A DNA stretch of 64,000 nt from NCBI GenBank assembly GCA_013239625.1, contig MU057343.1, positions 19,264,195 to 19,328,194 on the forward strand, in the 5' to 3' direction. The notes under the pieces were generated by a model. It saw nothing but the letters and a program-made list of their open reading frames with translations, was not told the origin of the DNA and made no database searches. Each line of letters opens with the position of its first letter. Within the stretch, counting starts at the first letter, position 1. The translations under genes were made by a program, and so were the position numbers. Shown piece after piece: positions 11,401 through 23,401 of this stretch. This DNA is from Lama guanicoe. Lineage: Eukaryota.

Positions 11401-11776
11401 GACAGCATACCCTTAATTATTCTACTGTCCTGGCTCAAAATTTGTTCTGAGAGCAGAGAACCTAGGTGTGACTCTCAGAGCCCATTGGGTGATACTGAAC
11501 AAGCCACTTATACGATGCTCAGCCTCAGGTTCCCATTTGTAAACTAGTTCACAACAAGACCGATCCCTCATGATAGTTGAGAGGAGGTAATTAATCAGGT
11601 AATAAGCATGTCTGGCAAACTGTAGGGTGCTATATAATGTCATCCACCAGTTGTGGATGCAACACACAATGTACAGCGTCTTTCCTACTTTGTTTTCCTC
11701 CATTGCCCCGACTCTGTCCCTCAACGCACCAGACACGTAAAAATACCTAACACTTAAAAAAATTACGTCTGTAACA

Positions 11777-12162
11777 CTATTTGCAGCAACATGGATGGAC
11801 CTAGAGATTATCATACTAAGTGAACTAAGTCAGACAGAGAAGGACAAATACCGTATGATATCGCTGATCTGTGGAATCTAAAAAAAGATACAAATAAACT
11901 TTACAAAACAGTAGACTCACAAACAGGAAACAAACTTATGATTACCGGGGTGGGAAGGCATAAATTGGTAATTTGGGATTAGCAGATACAGACTACTATA
12001 TATAAAATAGATAAACAAGGATCTACTGTATAGCACAGGGAACTCTATTAAGTTGTAATAACCTATAATGAAAAAGAATGTATGTATGTGTATAGCTGAA
12101 TCACTGCTGTACACCAGAAACTAACACAATACTATAAATTAACTATACCTCAATAAAAAAAT
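11777..12162 (+). mobile_element. 5'-truncated cetartiodactyl-type L1 (ORF2 end, 3'UTR and A tail)
   Basis: atttgcagcaacatggatggacctagagattatcatactaagtgaa ... ctactgtatagcacagggaact ... actatacctcaataaaaaa. Confidence 0.95.
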
Positions 12163-13762
12163 TCTGAATACATCCAAGCAGTTCTTGAAGTTACCTACAT
12201 AAATCATGATGCTAACAGTAAGTGGATAAATACATAATTTTACATTTTAGAGAAAATGGGGAAATAATTTCAGAGCAACAGGAGAAAAATTTGCCACCTA
12301 GTTCCAAAAAACATGCAACTTGGAGGCTCTGAAGAGCTAAATGTTAACTCAAAAAATACTAGTTAATAATGGAGATATTATCATCAAAAGAATGAAATGG
12401 GTCAGGACTGGTATTTGATACTGTACATGCATAGACTAGAAGTGCTTGTGAATCATCTGAGGAGGGTGGGACCTTAAAAGAAAAGAGGTGCAGGGAGGAA
12501 GGAAGATGCCAAGTGGGCCAGGCCAGAGGACCCTGGCTCTGGATTCAGAGAGCCCAGGTACAGGTCCTGCGTCCATCTAAGGCACTGAGTGCTTACACGT
12601 ACGTACCAGGGATAAAAAAAGCACATAAAGACGTGGTTCCTGCCTTCCTGGAGCTTTCCTGTTCACCCCTGACCTGTGTGACCTTAAGTCAGTCTTTCCC
12701 TCTTCTTAAGAAAAGCCTTGGTTTCCTTATCAATAAAAGGAAACAAGTGAATAAAGAGGTAAAGGCACCTTTTCAAGTTCATACAACTTACTGGGGCACA
12801 AGGATTGGACTGCAACTTCAGACTCCCAATTCAGTGCTTCCGCTGACGAGATCTCATTATTCCTTTGTAATTTGCAGCACTATTTGTTGCATTTACTTCA
12901 GGTTGGATACAATACGCCAAGATAAACAATTTTTTTTACATTCTTCAGGGTTTACATTTTATTGCTGTATCACTTTTTCCCCCTAAGATTAAAAATTACT
13001 GCTCTTTGAAAGAAGCAGTTAAAAAAGCTAAGCCACAGATGGGATTTTTTTTTTTTTGCAAATATGTAGCTGACAAAAGGCTTTTATCCAGTTTATAATG
13101 AACTGATTAATTTTTGAGTTTTCCTGGATTTTTTGTTTATCCACTAGAGATTTCTGGCAAGGACTGTATCAGAGCCTGCCTTTCTCTTCCCCTCCAAGAT
13201 GTAGTCTTGCACAGCTCCTGGGCTGGACGGTGGAGAAATGATACAAGAGTGGGCAGGGAAGAGAGCAACAAGGAGGAAGCAAAAACAGGCTGTAGGAGTT
13301 CTCCCTGGTTTGAGAAGCAGAGCTGTACGTCCGGGGCAGTGGATTAGGAAGAACCTAAAAAGGATTTTAAAATTTATTGCTGGGAGGTTTCCTGTCCCCT
13401 TCGTAATACTGAGTAATGCTAGTTTCAGTTACTTTAAAATTATTCCTGGTTGCTGGGACCGTGTTCATTTAAGCACAGCAGTGCTCTGAAATTGATCTAT
13501 GAAGGTCACAGGTTTATGAGCCTTAAAACAGCCACTGCCGTCATCTGATCAGGAGTGGAAGGCTGCGCGTGGACCTTCCCGATGCATCTCGAACGTGAGA
13601 CCCAGCCGGGCTCTAACAGGTGAGCGATGAGCTGTAGCACCGAGGGAAATGGTGTCAGAAAATGGAATCTAGTCTCCTGAACATTTGTCTTGTTAAGTAC
13701 AAACACCTACTTCAGAATCTCCTTCAAAGCTGTTAGAAGGGAAGCACGCCAATTCATTATCA

Positions 13763-13790
13763 TGCCACCTGGTGGCTGAAACTAACAGTA
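13763..13790 (-). promoter_or_regulatory. Predicted CTCF binding site
   Basis: Minus strand tactgttagtttcaGCCACCAGGTGGCA matches the CTCF core CCACCAGGGGGC(A/G) and has a plausible upstream module. Confidence 0.6.
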
Positions 13791-13851
13791 GGTCTGAGCT
13801 TTAGGCGCTGGATTAAGGTCTGGGAGGAGCATAGAAGGAGCACTGTTGATT

Positions 13852-14092
13852 TTACACACAGTCGTTTTTACCTCTTAATCCCCGACCCCTATCACGCCCC
13901 TCCTTTCCCCGCTGGTAACCACTAGTTTGTTCTCTGTATGAGCTATGACGATCCATTGTAGAACACAGGGAATATAGCCACTAATTTATAGTAACTATAA
14001 ATGGAGTATAAAAATTTTTAATTGGGATTCAATATGTTGTACACCTGTAACATGTAATACTGCACATCAACTATACGTCAGTCTAAAAAAAG
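13852..14092 (+). mobile_element. 5'-inverted L1 3'-end insertion (L1MA9-like)
   Basis: 13860-13942 is antisense L1 3'UTR (ctggtaaccactagtttgttctctgtatgag). ~13950-14091 is the sense 3' end with A tail. Degenerate TSD gaaggagcactgtt / aaaagagtagtgtt. Confidence 0.8.
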
Positions 14093-14809
14093 AGTAGTGT
14101 TCTTTTCTGGGATAAAGAGATGGAAATCCACTTTAGGACACTGACAAAATCGGCATCATGGTTAATCCATTTGCTCTGTTTACAGCTCTGAAGCAGACGT
14201 CATAGCTAGCTCTGGCCCTAAAAGTTGACGCTGGAGAAGCAGAGTGTGGTGAGGAGACTGGTGCTTACTGAGACCTACTAGTTTATATCCATACTCTTGT
14301 TACTTTTGAAAAATCCTTACCACACCCTATGTGGTGATATTAAAAGTATTTCCATTTTACAAATGTGGAAAGACCTAGAGTTTTAATGATAAGGTCAAGT
14401 TGTAATTATCACAGTAGATTTTGGGGAGGAGAAGAGAATGGGGGTATTTATAAGAGAAAAGCTTTATAAACAATGGTGTTTTAGGGGGAAAGGCTAAACT
14501 AAAGCAAGCATTTCTGTTTAAAATAGAAATTAGGCACATGTGTCTCTTGATCCTCTGAATTATTTTAGTTTGACAGTGTAGGTGAGATATAAATACATGG
14601 AAATGAGACAACAGAACTGCTATATTACATTCTTTTCAAATGAGAAAAGAGGGTGTGTCTGTCAGTAGATTTTCATCCCCCAAGTTGGGTGTCATAGCAC
14701 ATCAGCTATGTGCGTCCTGTATACACAACGTGTGTTTTTTTCTCCCACCTCTTTTTGGTTCTGAATCTGCTTTGATGTGAAAGTGTGGTAATTTTCATTA
14801 GTTACAATA

Positions 14810-15125
14810 GAATTTCAGAATTTACAGTCACGCAGGATGAGTGAGTTCCAGAGATGTGCCACACAAGGTCGTGCCCACAGTCGACAATACGTTACTATGT
14901 ACTTAAAATATATTAAGAGGGTAGAGCTCAAGTTAGGTGTTTCTAACCACAAAACAAGTAAGCCAAGAACAAAAGGACAGAAGACAGCTTTTGCAGGTGA
15001 TGGAAATGTTCACTACCTGGGTTGTAGTGAGAGTAACCCAAGTGTACACGTCCTAGATCACCAAACTGTATAGGCTAATTGTGTGAATAACTCACTAAAG
15101 CTGGGTAAATGAATGAATGAATAAA
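14810..15125 (+). mobile_element. Old L1 3'UTR fragment (L1MA/L1MB-type)
   Basis: acttaaaatatattaagagggtagagctcaagttaggtgtttctaaccac ... ggtgatggaaatgttcactacctgggttgtagtga. Confidence 0.85.
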
Positions 15126-15279
15126 TAAATCCTATTTCCTCTTTAAAAGCTTTAGCAGATTCACAGCAAGGCATCAGGCGTACGATTCATACTATGTATC
15201 TAACACAGAAAATTAGGGTACCCCTAGTTTTCCCCTCTTGTTCTCATACATAGCCAAGCCACTGCAGCTGGATTCTGGA

Positions 15280-15510
15280 AGTCCTTGACTTGAACCCTGG
15301 CCTGGACAGTTAGTGGTGCATCTTTCAGAACATTAAAGATACGAACTTCCTGAGTTTTCATTTCCTCAACTGTAAATTGAGAATGACGATATTTAACTCT
15401 CAGGAGCATTATTGGTATTAATTCACGAAACATGAGACAAAGTTGAGCACAACGTAAGGCACGTGGTAGGTGGTAAATATGGTTCTCAATTAGTGTTTAT
15501 TATTATTGTT
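15280..15510 (+). mobile_element. MIR SINE
   Basis: gagttttcatttcctcaactgtaaattgagaatga ... ggcacgtggtaggtggtaaata. Confidence 0.75.
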
Positions 15511-17409
15511 ACTATCACTTCTCATGATTTTTATTATCTTACTATTATTCCATTGGCTGAGAGGAAGCAGTCTGAATATGCAAAATACCCCTGCAATTTT
15601 CTAGCACCTCCCTGCATATTCCAGTAAACGGGGTGAAAGAAATGTAGACAATGTACCAAGTGTAGACAGACTAGTGAGTTAAAATTGCCATGGTGAGAGG
15701 CAGATGGTAAAAGGAACTGAACGTGTTCCTTTGTCATCCTGACTGTCACTGAGACTGAGCTTGAGAAGCTGCTTCCCACTGGAAAACTTTCACAACCATA
15801 TTTAGAACTGTGGAGGTATGATTTTATTCTCAGGAATTCCTCTTAGAAAGGGACTTGTATTTGAGGGGAAGGGATTTTGCTAGGTGAGATACTGAGGTAC
15901 CTGATTTGGCAGAGTGATTATGTACAAGCCTTGGGGTAAGCCTTCTGGAGACAGAAGAAACAAAGGGGACAGAGGGACAAGACAGTAGAAGATAGCCTGC
16001 TTCCTGGTGTGACATTTCCTAGTGACAGTCTCCCTCCCATGCACACACTGAAGTACATCCTCCAAAAAAACAAAACAAAACAAAGAAACAACCCATCAAC
16101 AACCAAGAAGTGACTGTCTGGGACAAAGGGGAAGAATACTTTTGAAGTCAGCATCTAACACTCATGGGGCAGGTGGAGAGGCAGTAGGAAGCCAGCCATT
16201 TGTAGCCACTGAAGGAGTGAGTTTAATACTTTCAGGCTACCTATTGGCTGTTTAGGCACATCTGAACCAGAGTGTCTAGGAGTGAGGGCTTCCCGGTTGC
16301 ATTCATTTCAACAGTATTTACCAGGGGCCTGTAACAGGCAGAAAGGGGGAGGTCCTCTGTGCCTCCAGAATGGTGAGGAAAGAAAGGGGGTGCAGCCCTG
16401 ACTTGGGGGGGAGAGGTGGGAGGCGCGAGCAGACCACGGCTGGGGCAGCCAGGAGACCTTCCTCCTTGGGCGCTTTCTCCCTAAAGGCTCTAAAACCATT
16501 CTCTAGATGACACAGAACCATATACTCTAAAAGCATCATTTTAAAGGCAATATGACATGATGGTTTTTAAGACTGTGGCAAAAGGAGCTAACGGATGGTG
16601 AGAGATGGGCAAAGACAGAACATGTGCGCAGCGTTCTTCCCCCGTCCAAGGGCATGGCGGGTGTGGAACAGGCCTCCCTGCAGCTCTCGGCTCAGACTCA
16701 TGAAGACCTGCTCTCGGAGCTGTTTTCCACAGGGCCTGGGTGGCAAGTGTGCTCATTCCCACCTTTTCACTCCATCTCACTTATGATCAACTTGTTTTGT
16801 GAACCTGGGGTCATTATTAACTTTTCTACATCTTCGTCTCCTATTCAATAAAACAGAGTCCAAAACCCCACCTGAAAGCCTATTTATGAGGATAAAATGA
16901 GATGATTTTTACAATGAGCCTAATTTCTGTCATATCAGACCTTCTTCACAAGTAGTTTCTAGTTTTGAATCTGAATGATCAACATTTTCAAGGTGGTGGA
17001 GTATGTCTAGCCAGGGAACAGTTTCTTGTAAAACTAATTGGTTTACGTACGGGTAAGATTTTCAATGCCAGCTTTGTAAGTACCATGTCCTGAACGACTG
17101 AGGTAATAGGTTTAGATTGCTGTTACAGTAAATAGACAAGATATTTGCTTTGAAATTACTTACTTCGAATGCCAAGAACAATCATTTGGGAGAAGCCGGC
17201 TTGTATGGGTAGCAACCCCCTGGCTTTACACATAAATGATGCTATCTGTTGCTCAGACCCTTGCCTTGGAAAAATTCCCTAAAATCATGTGGGGCTTTAA
17301 AGTTCCACTTAGGGACCAAGGTGCCCAGCTTGATTTATGATTCTTTGAATATTAACTGCAAACCGTCCTCCAAAAAACCCCAGCTGACCTCCCTGGACAC
17401 CTGTTTTTC

Positions 17410-18195
17410 CCTCCTCCCATCTCATCTCCGTAAGTGTTACCACTGAGCATGCAATTGCTTGAGGCAAAAATCAAGAGCTGTCCTTTATTCCTCTCTCACA
17501 CATGCCCTCAGCCAGTTCCTCAGCAACAGGACTGATTACTCTTTCTTCAAAAAATAAAAATAGTGACACTGTTTCTCACTATTCCCACCACTGCCACCCG
17601 CGTTTGCACCATAATGACCTCTTGTCTGGATGACTGCAGCAGCCTCTCCATCTCCTTCCTCTTTGCTCACCCACTGGCCCTTGTAATCTGCACCCAATGT
17701 CCAATCACCCTCCCCACATTTTTCACCCTCACTGTTGCCAAGTACATGTAACAAACATTTTTTTTTTTTTTTGGCCGGGTTTACAAGGCTTACGTTGTCA
17801 TTTTTTCAGCCACCTTCCTCTATTCCTCCTTCTATAGCTACACTAACTTTATTGATGTTTTTGAAACTTGCCAGATCTTTCCCACTTGGAGACTCTCTTC
17901 CTTCTGCCTGGAAAGCTCTTTCCTGGATCTTTGCCTGACTTGCTCCTTCACTAAGCTCAGGACTCCCATCAAGGCTCCATTGATCATCCTGTCATCCTTT
18001 CCTCTCACCCTGATTTGTTGTTATTTAAAGCCTCTCTTACTCCCTGGAACTGTATTTTGTGATCATTTGTTCATTTTTGATTGCCTAGTTTTCCAATGGA
18101 ATGTAAGCTCCATTCAGGTGTGGACCTAATCATTTCTGTTGCCTCATCCTCAAAGTATACAGTGAGTTTTCAGTAAGTACTTACTAAATAAACGA
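17410..18195 (+). mobile_element. L2 LINE 3' region
   Basis: tcttgtctggatgactgcagcagcctc ... ccttctgcctggaaagctctt ... gaatgtaagctcc ... tcagtaagtacttactaaataaa. Confidence 0.85.
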
Positions 18196-18399
18196 CAGGC
18201 TGAGAGTGTGTGCGCGCGCGTGCGTGCAGGAACTATAGAAGACACTACACTATGAATGGAAGGTTCTGGCAGGTACTGGGGGATCAAATGCTTTGAGCAT
18301 AAATGAGGCCATCTCAGAGGCCAGCAGCATCACCATTTATGTGACAACTGCATCATCTGTGCAAAAACCAAAGATCCACAAGCAGAACAAAAGGAAACA

Positions 18400-18610
18400 G
18401 GTAACTGTGGGTCAAATGCTGTACTTCACTCTTTCACATACATTGTCTCATGTAGTTCTCACCCCAACAAGGCTGATATTTCTCTCATTTAGGCCAGATG
18501 AGGAAAGAAAGACCTTTAGAAATGCTAAAATCACTTGACAAAGTCATACAGGAATGTGGTAGAGCCAGGATTTGAACTCAAGTTTTATGACTTCAGATCA
18601 ACTATTTTCC
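18400..18610 (-). mobile_element. MIR SINE
   Basis: cagatgaggaaa ... cacttgacaaaagtcatac ... gtggtagagccaggatttgaactcaag. Confidence 0.8.
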
Positions 18611-18629
18611 CTCTATTGCTGCTGCTTCC

Positions 18630-18752
18630 TTTTATTGAAGTACAGTGGACTCACAATATTGTATTTTCAGGAGTACAACATAGTGATTCAATATCATTGT
18701 ACATTATATACTATATAAAGTTACTATGACATTACTGACTATATTCTCCTGT
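18630..18752 (-). mobile_element. L1 extreme 3' end fragment
   Basis: ttttattgaagtacagtggactcacaatattg...tttcaggagtacaacatagtgattca is an antisense L1 tail. Confidence 0.85.
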
Positions 18753-19690
18753 GGCTTCTGTGTTGCTACCAATGCTAGGAAAGCTCATTAGGACCTAAGA
18801 GGAGAGGAGAGGACAGGAGAGAGGAAGGATGAAAAGGAGTCCCCCCAGCTTTAGAGACGTCAGTCAAGCCCCATTTCTACATAAAGCCAGCCCTACTGCT
18901 CCAGCGTGTGTTAAGCAGTCATTCCTTTGAACTGCCAGTAACCTTCATTTAGCAAATAGCACATGCTTCCTTCCATTTTTACTGATCACATACACTGTCT
19001 AGTTAGTAGGATGAATCTTACAAAACTGCAAATATCCTACCATTCTTAGCTTACAAACAGCAATTCAACAGTTAAAACTCAACCCTGTCTGACGGAGTCC
19101 ATGTGCGTAACCACTCTGATGGACTGTATCATCTCCAACGAAGAGGCATCAGGTGCTTTGCTCCCTGTACGAGTCAGACAGTTGGGGTGTCATGGAAATA
19201 AACATCAGGCACTAACCCGGCTACCTGGCATCCGTTCTCCTCACTGTGCCTTAAAGCAGAGAACTGATTTTGCTCTGCTGAAAAAGCCAAGGAGTTCAGG
19301 GCCACTGGTAGAAAGAGCCAGTTTCCAAGAAGCAAGCATCCTTTTCAGCCTACTTCCAACTAAATTCATTTGAGTAGATCAGGACCATCACAGGTAAACC
19401 TCACACTACACAAAGCAGCCATCGATGCGTCAGAAGTCAAGGGGAAATGATACCAACCCTAATGATTCCTTTAGGCTCTGTTCTTTCACAAAGTACTTAC
19501 TGTCAGGTACTCACGCCACTCCCTGAACAGTTTGGTTAAGCAAAACAAACCAGTGGAAGACTTTCTCTGCACTGAGTTGTCAATGGAGTCTACCGCTTGG
19601 TCTAAGGAGCTATGAGAAAGGATAATTTTATCCCTCTTGGACGATTCACTTGTGGATTTGATCTTTTTTTCTTTTTTTTTTTTACCTCAG

Positions 19691-19816
19691 AACAAAAAAG
19701 TGGATTGGGTAATGTTGCAGGTTACCCCAGAAGCCTTCAAGATTCGTGCTCATGTGACAGATCAAAACAGATACAGTTCAGAGCTTTACTTGCCGTCTTC
19801 TTCACCAGCCACCAGA
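19691..19816 (+). other. Candidate isolated exon (126 nt)
   Basis: Very long U tract followed by acctcag|, and donor AGA|gtgagt. Length is divisible by 3 and two frames are open. Confidence 0.3.
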
Positions 19817-20699
19817 GTGAGTGATGCTCTCTCAAGGCTGGGCAGGCGCTGGGTGTCAAACCTTTCTTATTTTTAGAACATCGGAGCTGGTTGCCCAGGA
19901 AAAGGATGCAGACATGAAGCGAGGAGTAGAGGACGCAAAGGACGACTTTGAACACATAGGGACACAACTAAAGTACTGATGCAAACACAGTGACGATGTG
20001 ACTTCACATTTCACAGACACTGACACTAGCTGCCTCTCCCACCTCACAGCACTCCTATGGACAGTAGGGCATTTTTGAAGGCAGAAATTGAGGAAGACTA
20101 TTTTCTTCAAGTCAAAGCAAGTCCTGACAGGTATTTGTAGTATTCTGTGGGGAGTGGGCCGTCGTATTTAAGTATTATGTGTTTCCATGCCTGCCATTAG
20201 CAGCTGAGCTGTCTTCCATTTCAATAATGTGTCTTTGTTCCCCATTTTCTTTCACCTGCCTCTCAAGATCCTCCAGATTCCAGTTGTTATCCAAACTACA
20301 CACTCATTTTCACTGCTTTCTCCAGCTAAATCCATGTCCTGAATATGGGAAATTCCCACCCTGGGGATTCAGATTGAGCTCTATGACTTTCCTACTTCTT
20401 CCAAGTTACTTGCAAAGGTGGAGATGATGATGTGTTGACTGTGGCCCAAACAACGCACCATCAGTTTGATGAATTTTGACTGGACACAGCCTTCCAGTCT
20501 TTCGCCCTAGCCTGCTACTGACAACGCTCTCCCTTTTACACACTGCCTCAGATCCATACATTTTCTAAACATTTGAGTACTGATCCCAAGAGGGGCTATA
20601 TATAGGCGGAAAACAAATAAGAAAGCATTTAAATCTCAGCCATAGAAACGGGCTACATAAATTATGACATACTGGCTCAAAGTAACGTACACACTGTCA

Positions 20700-21170
20700 T
20701 GAACATATTCGACAATTACTTATTGAATCTCTGTGCCATACCCTGTGCAGACCGCTAGAGCAGAGGCAAAAGAAATTGTCTCTTGGTGGAAATAGTCTAG
20801 TAAACAGGGAAAAGAGGCAAAAAAAAAAAAAACCAAACAGGTATACAACACGGGAAATGTTACAGTAGAGGTAAGAATAGCATGCTTCAGAAGAATAGAG
20901 GAGGAAGCCATCAGTGCAGCCAGAAAACTGGTAATGAGAGAAGCTTGTGGAGCAAGTAGAGGAGAGTTTAAGGATACAATGTAAAGTGAAAAAGAAAAAA
21001 TAAAGTTGGATTAATAGTATGGACCCATTGTAAGTGCATATAGATGAACATTAGAAGGCGACGAGGGAAGATGAAGTAAATTGGTTAATGTGGTAAATTT
21101 CCGGTTGGCTTTTGTTTTTCTTTAAGCTGTGTTATCAGTGGAAATTGGGCGAGGGAGTGTTACCTGAGTA
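20700..21170 (-). mobile_element. L2 LINE fragments
   Basis: attcgacaattacttattgaatctctgtgcca is an antisense L2 tail. tggtaaatttccggttggcttttgtttttc is also L2-like. Confidence 0.6.
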
Positions 21171-22688
21171 AGTGGAGCCTTGTGTGAAGCATCACTTTCT
21201 AAAGTGGATCTTGTCTAAATAAGACGTGGCACAAAAGCAAACGGACAGACTTTGTGGAAGAGGCGCGTGAAGGCAACGTGTGGATCCATCTGAGCGTCAC
21301 TGAAAAGGCCACCTGTGGGAACTATTTTCTCCTTATATGAACTGGAGTGTGTTGTCATTAGACAGGAAGTCAACCGTAGCATCGATAATTTTCTGTATAA
21401 GAGGCATTAATTGCTTGACCATGGTTAATGCAAACGATTTACTGACTGATGTGCTAAATTTACAGATGATGCTAACATCTGTCCAGTTTTCTGGCTGTAA
21501 GGTTAACATTTGAAATGCAGCTTAATTGAGGGTCCATTCAATACCATACATTATATTTGGTGATTTATTCCTTTTTCAATATTAACTTTGACTTCTTCCT
21601 GTTCAAATACGATTTAGCATTCAAAGTCCTTATCAAGCTGTACTCCCGTGAAATCTTTTCTGTTGCTAACAAATCCTAAATGGATGCTCTTTTTCTTAAT
21701 TTCTTTCTTTTTCTTAATATCTAAATATTTAGTGCTTTAGTCTTCACTACTAAATTATAAATTCCTTAAAGGGAGATAATTTTATCTTTTACCATTTACC
21801 CCTAGTACCTAGCTTAGAGCTAAAACCATATAAATAGCTTAATTTTTTTTAAAGATTGATTTATACTTTCACAACACATGCGTACATATCTATTACTTTC
21901 AGCTTTAGCGGACACAGGTTTCAAAGAACCTCTTGAACAGGAGTATGTCAAATTGAACGTTTTATCCACCAAAGAGGAATTTAATATTCACATACACACA
22001 TTCAGCAAGACTCCTTGCAAGTCCATTAGCTACTTCTGACACATAATGGTTCTTGCTGGTTTTATACCAAATTTAATCAATGCCCAGGACAACTTGCTGC
22101 AACATCTGTAACAGGGTGAGCCACACAGGCTACTCAAGGTCAGGACTAATTACCAGCATCTGCATCCACCTGACAGATGTGAGAGACTTAAGACATGCCT
22201 TTGCTCGTTAATTCAGGGTCAAACTGTTCTCTGCGGAATTCAGTGCAACTCCAGCTCAAGTACAATGGCATTCATTTTGACATAAAATTCCCAGGTCATT
22301 AGGCACTTGGAGATGTGATACTTTCTAGAGGAAGAGAGGACTGGAGTCCAGATGGGCTCCAAACTGTCTCTGCACCTAAAAGCTGCATGACCTTGGGCAG
22401 CGCCCTTCCCCTCCCAGAGCCTTAGACTCCTGCCTGTAACGTAAAGTTGATCTACTGATGGATTGCTGAGTATGCTTTGGCTCGATGATTTGCTATTATT
22501 TAACTGAATACTTAGACCTGATTTTTATTGTGCACTTTCTATGTGCCAGGCAATATGCTTTTATGGGTTTGTACTGTGGACCAGGTTGAAATTGGGTTTA
22601 ACCACAATGAAGATACATTTGCTAAAATATATCTGTCTGAAAGCTACTGATAAGCCAGCAGTATGTTCTCTAAGATCTAATGGTTCTA

Positions 22689-23137
22689 TTTGCAGCAACA
22701 TGGATGGACCTAGAGATCATCATACTAAGTGAAGTAAGCCAGAAAGAGAAAGAAAAATACCATATGTTATTACTTACATGTAAAATCTAAAAAAAAAAAA
22801 AAAGACACAAATGAACTTATTTACAAAACAGATATAGACCCGCAGACAAAGAAAACAAACTTATGGTTACCGGGAGGGGAGGAAAGGGGGTAGGCTAGGA
22901 TAAATTAGGAGTTCGAGATTTGCAGATACTAACTACCATATATAAAAAGGATAAGCACTAAGGTCCTACTGTGTAGCACAGGGAACTATATTCAACACCT
23001 TGTAAAGGACTACAGCAAAAAAGAATATGAGTAGGAAAATATATATACACACACATATATATATTACTGAATCACTATGCTGTACGCCAGAAGTTAATAC
23101 AACATTGTAAACTGACCAAACTTCAATTAAAAAAAAA
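22689..23137 (+). mobile_element. 5'-truncated cetartiodactyl-type L1 with TSD
   Basis: Same family as 11777-12162. TSD ctaatggttcta (22677-22688) / ctaatgggttcta (23138-23150). Confidence 0.95.
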
Positions 23138-23401
23138 CTAATGGGTTCTAAAACAAGTTGGGTACTACTTTAATGCAGTCATTTTCCAGCCAGTAAACAA
23201 GTCATTTATTCCTAAATTGTGTTTCATGGAGCAGCTGATACCCCTTTCAAAGTGTAGGTTAAGGTATTTTTTTCTAAGTGGATTTCAAGAAATGAGTTTC
23301 CACGAGCCTTTTTTCTGAAGCAGACATCAGTCTATGATTTAGTTGCTGTTTTAAAAATGATAATGTGCTAGTTTTCTATAATACACTTTATTTGATATCC
23401 A

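Noticed and set aside
12513-12986. 157-aa ORF
   Set aside because: Overlaps MIR/L2-like relics, and its composition is non-coding.
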